From: Akkermansia sp. | GTDB lineage: Bacteria > Verrucomicrobiota > Verrucomicrobiia > Verrucomicrobiales > Akkermansiaceae | NCBI GenBank assembly: GCA_045637025.1 | Contig: JAZTYM010000001.1 | Coordinates: 7,998 to 71,997, forward strand | Reading direction: 5' to 3' | Length of the DNA: 64,000 nucleotides | Part shown: positions 46,964-55,029 of the stretch, piece by piece | Layout of the letters: each line of letters opens with the position of its first letter | Position numbering within the stretch: position 1 is the first letter of the stretch | Made by a program: the position numbers and the translations under genes | The notes under the pieces: generated by a model | The model's input: only the letters and a program-made list of their open reading frames with translations | The model's database searches: none | Told to the model about the DNA's origin: nothing

Positions 46964-47557
46964 ATGATTGCATTTCTGAGAGGAACCGTAGCAGACGCTC
47001 TGCCCCAGACCATCGTGCTCGATGTAGGGGGCGTGGGATATGAAGTGCATGTGCCCTTGTCTACCTATGACCGCATCAATCCCGTGGTAGGGCAGGCGGC
47101 CATGCTGAAAACGCATCTGCACATCCGCGAAAACATGCAGGTCCTCTATGGCTTTGCCACAGATGAAGAGCGCGATATTTTTCGATTGCTCATTGACCGA
47201 GTGAGTGGAATTGGCCCCGCAACGGCCATTGCCATCTTGAGTGGCATGAATGTGACAGCGTTCAAAAGCGCGGTGGTCAGTGGAGATGTGCAGTCTATTG
47301 CCCGGGCCAAGGGCGTTGGTAAAAAAACGGCGGAGCGCATTGTGCTGGAGCTGAAAGATAAGATTGGCCTTGCCTCTACTTGGGAGGCTCAGCAGGAAGG
47401 TACCACCACACAGGCTGCCGCAGATGCCGAGTTGGCGCTTATTGCCCTCGGGTTTAAGCAGACGGAATCCCGCAAAGCTATCAAGGCTCTGCTCAAGGAG
47501 AATCCGCAGGCTAGCACAGATGAATTGATACGCGGTGCATTGCGCCACATGAGCTGA
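46964..47557 (+). CDS. ruvA: Holliday junction branch migration complex subunit RuvA
   Basis: 197 aa. It begins MIAFLRGTV and contains VGGVGYEV. HhH motifs are VSGIGPATAIAILS and AKGVGKKTAERIVLELKDK. Confidence 0.93.
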   Translation: MIAFLRGTVADALPQTIVLDVGGVGYEVHVPLSTYDRINPVVGQAAMLKTHLHIRENMQVLYGFATDEERDIFRLLIDRVSGIGPATAIAILSGMNVTAFKSAVVSGDVQSIARAKGVGKKTAERIVLELKDKIGLASTWEAQQEGTTTQAAADAELALIALGFKQTESRKAIKALLKENPQASTDELIRGALRHMS

Positions 47558-47559
47558 GC

Positions 47560-48117
47560 ATGCGCTGGCTGAATCAGTGGTGGGTTCGCTCGCTTCTATC
47601 CATGGTGCTGGCTTGGGTGGGCGTGATGCTGACTGTGGTGGTGTGGGCGAGCTGCGGTTTCCCTTGGGCGGTGGAGCAGGGGATGGAGCTGCGCGTGTGT
47701 GATTTGCCCAGCGAGCGTGTGCTGCAGGTGCCGCATGGTGCATGGTATGCGCCTGAGCCTCACGTGGCATCCTCCGTCCCGGTGGTGAAGCTGCGGGAGT
47801 ATGCGCCCGGTGAGTTCGAGCTTCTGTATTGGGGAAACCCTGTGCGCCCTCGGTATGCATACCGTGTGCTCAATATCATGAGCGGGGATTCTGTGCTGCA
47901 AACAGGCAAAGGAGCACCTGAATCCATGCGGAATTTGCCTGTGTCCCACCCGCGGCGAGCAGATGGACAGCTCCCTCTGCAAGCTCCCCAGAAGCTAGGC
48001 CCACTCCGCCCCGCTCCAGGTGGTTTTTGTGCTGTGCGGGTAGAGGTGTTGGCGCCAGACAGCGGTGTTGTATTGTGCTGGGGCGAGTACTTGTTGCCCT
48101 GTCCAGAGCCTCATTGA
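47560..48117 (+). CDS. Membrane-anchored hypothetical protein
   Basis: 185 aa, starting 3 nt after ruvA. It has an N-terminal TM helix (LLSMVLAWVGVMLTVVVWA). I recognise no other motif. Confidence 0.5.
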   Translation: MRWLNQWWVRSLLSMVLAWVGVMLTVVVWASCGFPWAVEQGMELRVCDLPSERVLQVPHGAWYAPEPHVASSVPVVKLREYAPGEFELLYWGNPVRPRYAYRVLNIMSGDSVLQTGKGAPESMRNLPVSHPRRADGQLPLQAPQKLGPLRPAPGGFCAVRVEVLAPDSGVVLCWGEYLLPCPEPH

Positions 48118-48170
48118 GCAAAAATGAGCACTTTGCGGACCAACAAATGAGCTACTTGCGCTTTTCGCTC

Positions 48171-48198
48171 TTGCAAATTCTACAGAAAACGATAAAAT
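48171..48198 (+). promoter_or_regulatory. Sigma70-like promoter of the nucleotidyltransferase/nahK pair
   Basis: It reads TTGCAA, a 16-nt spacer, then TAAAAT. The leader is about 40 nt and contains a small CGGATG-ttg-CATCCG hairpin. Confidence 0.4.
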
Positions 48199-48245
48199 AC
48201 CCCGCGTAGAACCGGATGTTGCATCCGATTACTCTTTTTTATACC

Positions 48246-49154
48246 ATGAAACCGACACTCCTCGTTCTCGCAGCAGGTATGGGCAGCCGTTACGGTGGCC
48301 TCAAGCAGTTGGACCCCATGGGTCCCAATGGTGAAGTGATTCTCGATTACTCCGTGTATGACGCCATCCGCGCCGGTTTCGGCAAGGTTGTGTTCATCAT
48401 CCGCAAGGATTTCGAAGAAGCTTTCAAGAGCCAAGTAGGTGCTCGCTTTGCCGATAAGATTGAAGTAGACTACGCATTCCAGTGCTTGGATGACCTGCCC
48501 GAAGGTTACAGCGTGCCTGAAGGTCGCGTGAAGCCCTGGGGTACCGCCCACGCTCTGCGCGCTGCTCGCAACGTGGTGAAGGAACCCTTTGGTGTGGTGA
48601 ATGCCGACGACTTCTACGGTGCAGACGCCTTTGCCAAGGCTGCTGAGTTCCTGACTGCCACCCAGCCTGCTGATGGCAAGGAACACTACGGCATGATTGG
48701 CTACCCCCTCAAGAACACCCTCAGCGACCACGGTGATGTGAACCGCGGTATCTGCGGCATCAAGGAAGGTTACCTCGACAGCGTTGAAGAGTACACCAAG
48801 ATCATGATGGAAGAAGACGGCGTGTGCCGTGGTGACAGCCTCTCCGGCGAGCGCAATCCCGTGGACCCCGAGGAGCTTGTCTCCATGAACTTCTGGGTGT
48901 TCCCCGCCAGCTTTATCGATCAGATTGAAGACCACTTCACCCGCTTCATGGCTGCCCACGGTGCAGAGCTGAAGAGCGAGTGCTACATCCCCACCGTGGT
49001 TGATGAACTCATTCACAACGGTAAGGCTGATTGCAACGTCATCAAGACCACCGCCAACTGGCTCGGCGTGACCTATCCCAGCGACAAGCCCGCTGTGGTG
49101 GAGAGCATCGCTAAGCTGGTGGAAGAGGGTGTCTACCCCGCTAAACTTGGTTAA
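48246..49154 (+). CDS. Sugar-1-phosphate nucleotidyltransferase (UDP-sugar pyrophosphorylase-like)
   Basis: ORF 48216..49154 is trimmed to ATG 48246. The NTP-transferase glycine loop is MKPTLLVLAAGMGSRYGGLKQLD. It lies 17 nt upstream of the NahK-like kinase. Confidence 0.8.
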   Translation: MKPTLLVLAAGMGSRYGGLKQLDPMGPNGEVILDYSVYDAIRAGFGKVVFIIRKDFEEAFKSQVGARFADKIEVDYAFQCLDDLPEGYSVPEGRVKPWGTAHALRAARNVVKEPFGVVNADDFYGADAFAKAAEFLTATQPADGKEHYGMIGYPLKNTLSDHGDVNRGICGIKEGYLDSVEEYTKIMMEEDGVCRGDSLSGERNPVDPEELVSMNFWVFPASFIDQIEDHFTRFMAAHGAELKSECYIPTVVDELIHNGKADCNVIKTTANWLGVTYPSDKPAVVESIAKLVEEGVYPAKLG

Positions 49155-49171
49155 TTCCTCCCTTAGTTACC

Positions 49172-50263
49172 ATGTACGACCTCAAAGCAATTGCGAATCT
49201 GTTTGATTTGCGTGCAGACTATGTGTGCGGTGCCTCCTATGGCTCTGGCCACATCAACGATACTTATCGTATCGAGGTGGACCAGGCTGGCCTGCGTGTG
49301 AGCTACATCCTGCAGCGCATCAACAGCAATGTGTTCAAGCAGCCCATTCCCCTCATGGAGAATGTGAAGCGCGTGACGGATGAAGCTCTGCGCGTGCTCT
49401 TGGAAGAAGGGTGCAAGGAGGCCTACCGCCGTACCCTTACCATTATCCCCGCTAAGGATGGTAAGCCCTATGCTCAGGACTCTGAAGGCAACGTATGGCG
49501 CGTATATCCCTTCATCGATCGTGCCCGTACCTACGACATGATTGAGAATCCAGGTCAGTGCATCGAGGTGGCTCGCGCTTTCGGTAACTTCCAGAAACTG
49601 GGTGCCAACCTGCCGGGTGAGCCCCTGTTCGAAACCATCCCCGATTTCCACAACACGACCAAGCGTTTCAAGAACTTCCAGAACGCTATTGCTACCGACC
49701 CCTTGGGGCGCGCTAAGACGGTGCAGAAGGAAATCGACTGGTATCTCTCCCGCGAGGCTGATTGCCACAAGGTGGTCAACTACCTCGCTTCTGGTGAGCT
49801 GCCCCTGCGTGTCACGCACAACGACACCAAGCTCAACAACGTGATGCTTGATGACGTGACGGGTGAGGGTATCTGCGTGATTGACTTGGATACCACGATG
49901 CCTGGTTCCGCTCTGTATGACTTCGGTGATATGATTCGCACCTCCACCTCTCCTGCCGCTGAGGACGAGAAGGACACTTCTCTTGTGACGATGCGCATGG
50001 AGTACTTCGAAGCTCTGGCTAAGGGCTACTGCGAGGCTGCTACATTCCTCACTCCGCTTGAAAAGGAACTTCTTCCGTTCTCCGGCAAGTTGCTTACTAT
50101 GGAATGCGGTATGCGCTTCCTGACGGACTACTTGGAAGGCGATACATACTTCAAGATTAAGCGCCCCGAGCACAACCTCGACCGCACCCGCACCCAGATG
50201 GCTCTCGTGGAATCCATCGAAAAGCAGATGGATGCTATGATGAAGGTTGTCGAGAAATACTGA
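49172..50263 (+). CDS. nahK: N-acetylhexosamine 1-kinase (NahK-like, APH phosphotransferase fold)
   Basis: 363 aa. Long blocks match remembered Bifidobacterium longum NahK: YILQRINSNVF, PLRVTHNDTKLNNVMLD, IDLDTTMPGSALYDFGDMIR and LLPFSGKLLTMECGMRFLTDYLEGDTYF..PEHNLDRTRTQ. Confidence 0.8.
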   Translation: MYDLKAIANLFDLRADYVCGASYGSGHINDTYRIEVDQAGLRVSYILQRINSNVFKQPIPLMENVKRVTDEALRVLLEEGCKEAYRRTLTIIPAKDGKPYAQDSEGNVWRVYPFIDRARTYDMIENPGQCIEVARAFGNFQKLGANLPGEPLFETIPDFHNTTKRFKNFQNAIATDPLGRAKTVQKEIDWYLSREADCHKVVNYLASGELPLRVTHNDTKLNNVMLDDVTGEGICVIDLDTTMPGSALYDFGDMIRTSTSPAAEDEKDTSLVTMRMEYFEALAKGYCEAATFLTPLEKELLPFSGKLLTMECGMRFLTDYLEGDTYFKIKRPEHNLDRTRTQMALVESIEKQMDAMMKVVEKY

Positions 50264-50290
50264 TTTTATCAGTATTTTCTGAAATCATTT

Positions 50291-50326
50291 GCCCCGCTTG
50301 GCTTAATCCCAGCGGGGCTTTTTTTT
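50291..50326 (+). terminator. Rho-independent terminator of nahK
   Basis: It reads GCCCCGCT-tggcttaatccc-AGCGGGGC followed by TTTTTTTT. Confidence 0.8.
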
Positions 50327-50352
50327 GAAAGTGATTATAGCCAGAGAAGGTC

Positions 50353-50901
50353 ATGAAAGGGTGTCTTACCATGTTAGGTGCGCTGGCCGGGGTGCTGGTG
50401 TTGTTTCTTGCTTATTTCTTCCTGATAGTGAATCCACGCATCGAGGAAGAAGTGCGGCAATATCGTGGGTTGGTGATAGCTTATAAGCCTAATCATGAGC
50501 GATACATTCACCGCCTGACAGGACTGGCTGGTAAGCTCGATGCTCATGATGTGACCCCGCCTGCTGCTATTATCGGCCTGGCTATGAAAGTGGTGGCATT
50601 TTCTCTTGATGAGCCAGAAGCTCGGCAGATTGTTCAACGCCTGTCTTTGCTGGAAACAGGCCGCCGCTCGCTGTCATCGTGGACGAATATGATTAACGAT
50701 GATGCCTGCCGTTGGTCATTTGATACCGCATCTCCGGAATGGGATGTGTATACTGCAGAGTGGCAGAGAAAGGATTTGGAACAAGTTGTGGGGAAAATAG
50801 AAAACGAAGGTGACATTGCTTCCTGGCGAGGGTACTCGTTCACTCTCTTACACAACAAAGATGCAGGTAAAGGGATTCTGATGATTCGCTTGCTGTATTG
50901 A
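50353..50901 (+). CDS. Membrane-anchored orphan hypothetical protein (AT-richer gene)
   Basis: 182 aa. It has an N-terminal TM helix (LGALAGVLVLFLAYFFLIV) and no motif I recognise. Terminators flank it on both sides. Confidence 0.5.
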   Translation: MKGCLTMLGALAGVLVLFLAYFFLIVNPRIEEEVRQYRGLVIAYKPNHERYIHRLTGLAGKLDAHDVTPPAAIIGLAMKVVAFSLDEPEARQIVQRLSLLETGRRSLSSWTNMINDDACRWSFDTASPEWDVYTAEWQRKDLEQVVGKIENEGDIASWRGYSFTLLHNKDAGKGILMIRLLY

Positions 50902-50932
50902 AATAAAAGCCTTGGCTGTGGGAGCCAAGGCT
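50901..50932 (-). terminator. Rho-independent terminator of the glnS-ribBA operon
   Basis: The minus strand reads AGCCTTGGCT-cccac-AGCCAAGGCT followed by TTTATTTC. It also lies just after the plus-strand orphan gene stop. Confidence 0.6.
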
Positions 50933-50963
50933 TGGATGAAAGATGGTGCGTGTTTGCGCGGGG

Positions 50964-52367
50964 TCAGATGAGGTGCCCCATGCGTTCGCGCTTGGTATCG
51001 AGGTAGTGTTTGTTGTCCTCGTGGGCGGGAATGCAGATAGGCAGCTGCTCCACAACGTCTAACCCATGGCCGGAGAGCCCCACAATCTTGCGGGGGTTGT
51101 TGGTGAGCAGACGCAGATGGCGCACGCCGAGGTCGCGCAGGATTTGTGCGCCCACGCCGTAGTCTCGTAAATCGGGGGCAAAGCCCAGCTCGATGTTGGC
51201 GTCTACGGTATCAAGCCCTTGTTCCTGCAGCTTGTAGGCATGCAGCTTGGCAGAAAGACCGATACCGCGCCCCTCTTGGCGCAGGTAGAGGATGATGCCG
51301 CCCTCCTGCGCCACGCGGCGCATGGCCGTGTGCAGCTGGCTGCCGCAATCACAGCGGCGGCTGGCAAAGACATCCCCCGTCAGGCATTCACTGTGCACGC
51401 GGCACAACACGGGCTTTTCCGGGTCGATAGGCCCGTGCACCAAAGCTAGGTGGGTTTTGCCGTCCACCTTGGAGTGGTATGAGTAGCAGTCAAACTCACC
51501 AAAGTCAGTCGGCAGTTTCACGCATTCCTCACGGATAATCAGCTTTTCTGTATGCTGGCGGTGCTCGATGATTTGGGCGAGGGAGCATGCCTTGAGACCG
51601 TACTTCTTCTGGAAGCTGCCGAGCTCACCGAGGCGGGCCATGGTGCCGTCTTCCTTCATGATTTCGCAGCACACACCCACGGGCTCCATACCAGCGATGC
51701 GGAGCAAATCCACAGTGCCTTCTGTGTGGCCCGCGCGGCGTATCACACCGCCTTCTACGGCACGCAGGGGGAAGCAGTGGCCAGGCTGCACAAAGTCGTC
51801 GAGCGTGGCTTTGGTGTCCGCCAGCTTCATCGTGGTGATCGAGCGTTCAAAAGCGCTGATACCCGTGGTCGTGCCTTCCTTGGCATCCACGCTCACGGTG
51901 AAGGCTGTGTGGTGCTTTTCCGTGTTGTGTTGAGCCTGCATGGGGAGCCCAAGGGCATCCACCTTTTCGGGAGCCATCGGCACGCAGATGAGACCACGCG
52001 CATGAGTTGCCATGAAGTTGATGTTCTGCGGCGTGGCAAATTGCCCCGCGCACACCAAATCAGCTTCATTTTCTCGCTGGGGGTCATCTGTCATGAGGAT
52101 GAGCTTGCCCATGCGCAAATCCTCCAGCACTTCTTCCAACGGAGAATAGATGATGGGGTCTGTGCCATCTGCCACGGGCACGCTGCTCTCTGTTGCGGCC
52201 GGCGCCTCGCATGTGCAGGAGGTTGTGGCTCCCTCTGTGCAGCAGCTGCAAGTGGGTTGAGCGGGCTCCTCTGCGGGTATTTCGCCCATGGTTGCCGCAT
52301 CACACTGGGTGATGAAGGAGTTGATGTCAAAGACACCATTGGTAGCGGTAAATTCAACCTGCTTCAT
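50964..52367 (-). CDS. ribBA: Bifunctional 3,4-dihydroxy-2-butanone-4-phosphate synthase / GTP cyclohydrolase II with an N-terminal Cys-rich extension
   Basis: 467 aa. RibB blocks are DDPQRENEADLV, HHTAFTVSVD and RAGHTEG. RibA blocks are VHSECLTGDVFASRRCDCG and LRQEGRGIGL. About 75 extra N-terminal residues include CSCCTEGATTSCTCE. Confidence 0.92.
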   Translation of the reverse strand: MKQVEFTATNGVFDINSFITQCDAATMGEIPAEEPAQPTCSCCTEGATTSCTCEAPAATESSVPVADGTDPIIYSPLEEVLEDLRMGKLILMTDDPQRENEADLVCAGQFATPQNINFMATHARGLICVPMAPEKVDALGLPMQAQHNTEKHHTAFTVSVDAKEGTTTGISAFERSITTMKLADTKATLDDFVQPGHCFPLRAVEGGVIRRAGHTEGTVDLLRIAGMEPVGVCCEIMKEDGTMARLGELGSFQKKYGLKACSLAQIIEHRQHTEKLIIREECVKLPTDFGEFDCYSYHSKVDGKTHLALVHGPIDPEKPVLCRVHSECLTGDVFASRRCDCGSQLHTAMRRVAQEGGIILYLRQEGRGIGLSAKLHAYKLQEQGLDTVDANIELGFAPDLRDYGVGAQILRDLGVRHLRLLTNNPRKIVGLSGHGLDVVEQLPICIPAHEDNKHYLDTKRERMGHLI

Positions 52368-52370
52368 GGC

Positions 52371-54047
52371 TTATTTGTTCATTTTTGCCCAAGAATCGCG
52401 CAGACCAACAGAACGATTGAAAACCGGATGCTCGGCGCTGTGGTCGTAGCGGTCGGCCACAAAGTAACCCGTGCGCTCGAACTGGCAGAGGAACTCTGCC
52501 GGGGCTTCGGCAAGGGCAGGTTCTACCACGGCATCGCAGAGTGTGGTCAGAGAGTTCTCGTTGAGGGAGGCCAAGAAGCCCGCCTCATTTGCATCGGGTG
52601 CTTCATCCTTGAAGAGACGGTCGTAGAGGCGGATTTCGGCCTGCACGCCATACTTGGCAGATACCCAATGAATGGCGCCCTTGCACTTGATGCCCTCGGG
52701 TGGGTTCGTGCCGACGGTGCCTGGCAGGATTTCGGCTTGCACTTCAGTCACGTTGCCCTCGGCATCTGCGGTGTAGCCGGTGCAAATCATGCAATAGCCA
52801 CCGCGGAGGCGCACGCAGGCCCCGGGGGAGAGGCGCTTGTACTTCTTGGGCGGCTCGACCATGAAGTCGTCTTGCTCAATCCACACTTCTTTGGTGAGCG
52901 TGAGCTTTCTGTTGCCCAATTCTGGTTTCTCGGGGTTGATGACGACTTCTACCTCTTCTTCGAAGCCATCCGGCACGTTGGTGAGCACCAGCTTGAGGGG
53001 GCGCAGCACCGCCATGCGGCGCTCTGCGTTGGCGTTGAGCTCAGCGCGTACTGCATTTTCCAAGCGAGCTACATCGGTGTTGCCGTTGAATTTGGTGATG
53101 CCAACACCCTCGCAGAAATCCACAATCGCCTTGGCGGGGTATCCGCGGCGGCGCATACCACAAATCGTGGGCATGCGGGGGTCGTCCCAACCAGAGACGT
53201 AGTTTTCCTCCACCATCTGGCGGAGCTTACGCTTGCTCATGACGGTGTAGGTGATGTTGAGGCGGGAGAACTCGCGCTGGCGGGGGCGAGAAGGCACGGG
53301 GTTGTTGTCAATCACCCAGTCGTAGAGCGGGCGGTGGTTTTCGAACTCCAGCGTGCAGAGCGAGTGTGTGATATGCTCGTAGGCGTCTTCCAGTGGGTGG
53401 GCAAAATCGTACATGGGGTAGATGCACCATTGGTCGCCCGTGTTGTGGTGGTGATCGTAGGAAATGCGGTAGATGACGGGGTCGCGCATGTTCATGTTGC
53501 TGCTGGCCATGTCAATCTTGGCGCGCAACACGGCGGCACCCTCGGCGTAGTCGCCACGTTTCATGGCTTCAAACAACGCCAGATTTTCCTCGGGTGTTGT
53601 GTTGCGGTAGGGGGATTCGATGCCGGGGGTGACGAGATTGCCGCGCTGTTGGCGCATGGTCTCGCGGTCTTGCAGGTCGACGTAGGCCAGCCCGTTCTTG
53701 ATGAGGTGCACGGCGCAGTCGTAGTAAAAATCAAAGATATTGGAAGCCCAGTACAGGTGCTCGCCCCAATCAAAGCCAAGCCAATGGATGTCTTCTTGGA
53801 TGGAGTTGACGAACTCCACGTCTTCCTTGCAGGGGTTGGTGTCGTCAAAACGCAGGTGGCACACAGCGCCAAGGTGGGCGTATTCGCGGGCAATGCCGAA
53901 ATCTAAGCAAATAGCTTTGGCGTGGCCGATGTGCAAATATCCGTTCGGCTCCGGGGGGAAACGCGTGATGGGAGCCTTGCAGAACCCTTCAGACACTTCC
54001 TGTGCAACCCAGTCGCGGATAAAGTCTCGTTTTTCCTCTGTCATCAT
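52371..54047 (-). CDS. glnS: Glutamine--tRNA ligase
   Basis: ORF 52371..54179 is trimmed to ATG 54047 (MMTEEKRDFIRDW...). The predicted promoter at 54055-54083 lies inside the longer version. The HIGH motif is PEPNGYLHIGHAK and the KMSKS-type motif is VMSKR. Confidence 0.93.
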   Translation of the reverse strand: MMTEEKRDFIRDWVAQEVSEGFCKAPITRFPPEPNGYLHIGHAKAICLDFGIAREYAHLGAVCHLRFDDTNPCKEDVEFVNSIQEDIHWLGFDWGEHLYWASNIFDFYYDCAVHLIKNGLAYVDLQDRETMRQQRGNLVTPGIESPYRNTTPEENLALFEAMKRGDYAEGAAVLRAKIDMASSNMNMRDPVIYRISYDHHHNTGDQWCIYPMYDFAHPLEDAYEHITHSLCTLEFENHRPLYDWVIDNNPVPSRPRQREFSRLNITYTVMSKRKLRQMVEENYVSGWDDPRMPTICGMRRRGYPAKAIVDFCEGVGITKFNGNTDVARLENAVRAELNANAERRMAVLRPLKLVLTNVPDGFEEEVEVVINPEKPELGNRKLTLTKEVWIEQDDFMVEPPKKYKRLSPGACVRLRGGYCMICTGYTADAEGNVTEVQAEILPGTVGTNPPEGIKCKGAIHWVSAKYGVQAEIRLYDRLFKDEAPDANEAGFLASLNENSLTTLCDAVVEPALAEAPAEFLCQFERTGYFVADRYDHSAEHPVFNRSVGLRDSWAKMNK

Positions 54048-54054
54048 GCGCGCA

Positions 54055-54083
54055 AGTCTACCCTTATTCCCGCCCAGAATCAA
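54055..54083 (-). promoter_or_regulatory. Sigma70-like promoter of glnS-ribBA, leaderless geometry
   Basis: The minus strand reads TTGATT, a 17-nt spacer, then TAGACT. A 7-nt gap separates it from ATG 54047. Confidence 0.45.
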
Positions 54084-54229
54084 GCATTTTCCAGTAAATG
54101 ACATAATGAAATGGGCAATGACATGGTTGTGGCGAGAGTTGCTCTTAGGGGGAACCCAGTCGGCGCATCTATTGGGCATTGGCGGCGTCTCGTGTGGAGA
54201 GTATCCGCGATGCTGGCAAGAATATTGTC

Positions 54230-54258
54230 TCGCATCATGCTACATCTTGTGCTAGACT
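54230..54258 (+). promoter_or_regulatory. Promoter candidate of rnc, leaderless geometry (weak -35)
   Basis: It reads TCGCAT, a 17-nt spacer, then TAGACT. A 6-nt gap separates it from ATG 54265. Confidence 0.3.
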
Positions 54259-54264
54259 TCGCTC

Positions 54265-54954
54265 ATGCAGAGAGAGATAGTGGAGAAAAGCCTTGGATAT
54301 GTGTTTACGGACGCCGCATGGCTGAGCCAAGCGTTGACGCATCCTAGCGTGGACCAGAAACGCAGCACCAACTTGGCCTACGAGCGCTTGGAGTTTTTGG
54401 GGGACGCGGTGTTGGAGCTTGTGGTGAGTCGAGAGCTTTTTACCCGCTATCCGAAGGCTGATGAAGGCTTGCTCACCAAGATGCGAGCCGGTATTGTGAG
54501 CCGCCAAAACTTGGCGCTACTCTGCGTGAAGTTGGGGTGGATGGAGCACTTGGCCATGAGCACGCAGCTTGAAAAATCTGGTGGCCGCCAGACGCTTTCT
54601 GTGCAGGCCAATACATTTGAGAGTGTGATTGGCGCTGTGATGATGGATTCAAACTACAATGCAGCGCGCAAGGTGTCGCTGCATTTGCTGCAGGACAGCT
54701 TGGAGCAAGCCGAGCGCTTTGTGCAGGTCAACTCCAAGGGCTCGTTGTTGGAGGAATTGCAGGCTGTGGATGGGTGTGGACCCACATACCAAGTGAGCTT
54801 GGTAGATGAAGCCAAGCCTGCGGGGCCTTTCCGCGCATTCGCCTATTGGCATGAGCAGGAAATCGGCGTGGGCGAGGGCACCAGCAAACACAAGGCCGAG
54901 ATGGCAGCGGCGGCTGATGCATTGCAAAAAATGCTCTGGAAAGAGAAAAAATAA
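54265..54954 (+). CDS. rnc: Ribonuclease III
   Basis: 229 aa. The signature is ERLEFLGDAVLELVVS and a C-terminal dsRBD is present (GEGTSKHKAEMAAAADAL). Confidence 0.92.
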   Translation: MQREIVEKSLGYVFTDAAWLSQALTHPSVDQKRSTNLAYERLEFLGDAVLELVVSRELFTRYPKADEGLLTKMRAGIVSRQNLALLCVKLGWMEHLAMSTQLEKSGGRQTLSVQANTFESVIGAVMMDSNYNAARKVSLHLLQDSLEQAERFVQVNSKGSLLEELQAVDGCGPTYQVSLVDEAKPAGPFRAFAYWHEQEIGVGEGTSKHKAEMAAAADALQKMLWKEKK

Positions 54955-54965
54955 GGCATGAGGCG

Positions 54966-55003
54966 GTTTTTCTGCTTCACATGCGGGCAAAACTGGCTAT
55001 AAT
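54966..55003 (+). promoter_or_regulatory. Promoter-like motif with consensus TATAAT, copy B of the shared motif (ilvE)
   Basis: It reads GTTTTTCTGCTTCACATGCGGGCAAAACTGGCTATAAT with TATAAT at 54998-55003. ATG 55030 lies 26 nt downstream. Confidence 0.4.
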
Positions 55004-55029
55004 GTGCCTGTTCAACAACTTTTTTGTTT

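Noticed and set aside
52143-52370. FMN (RFN) riboswitch in front of ribBA
   Set aside because: The region is an open reading frame continuous with RibB. It begins 3 nt after the glnS stop, and none of the conserved RFN stretches are visible.
51552-53906. 784-aa plus-strand ORF spanning ribBA and glnS, plus similar long mirror ORFs (11975..13246, 14133..15707, 19787..20998, 22964..24523, 32138..33880, 35875..37128, 45575..46537, 46676..47860, 49163..50173, 62569..63141)
   Set aside because: Each lies antisense to a gene with clear family motifs. The 784-aa ORF crosses a gene boundary. Their compositions (L/H/A/G/V-rich, few K/E/N) are antisense-like. They are an expected by-product of GC-rich codon usage.
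54048-54179. N-terminal extensions given by the ORF track (glnS 54179, thiE 6243, GH109 14106, GNAT 28637, panE 40956, NSS3 11980, dxs 61992, recO 59297, 57903, 48216, 41030)
   Set aside because: The extensions add non-conserved, often R/S/P/C-rich residues before canonical family N-termini. They frequently run through predicted -35/-10 elements or the preceding gene. I preferred internal ATG or GTG starts that fit homolog N-termini and operon overlaps.
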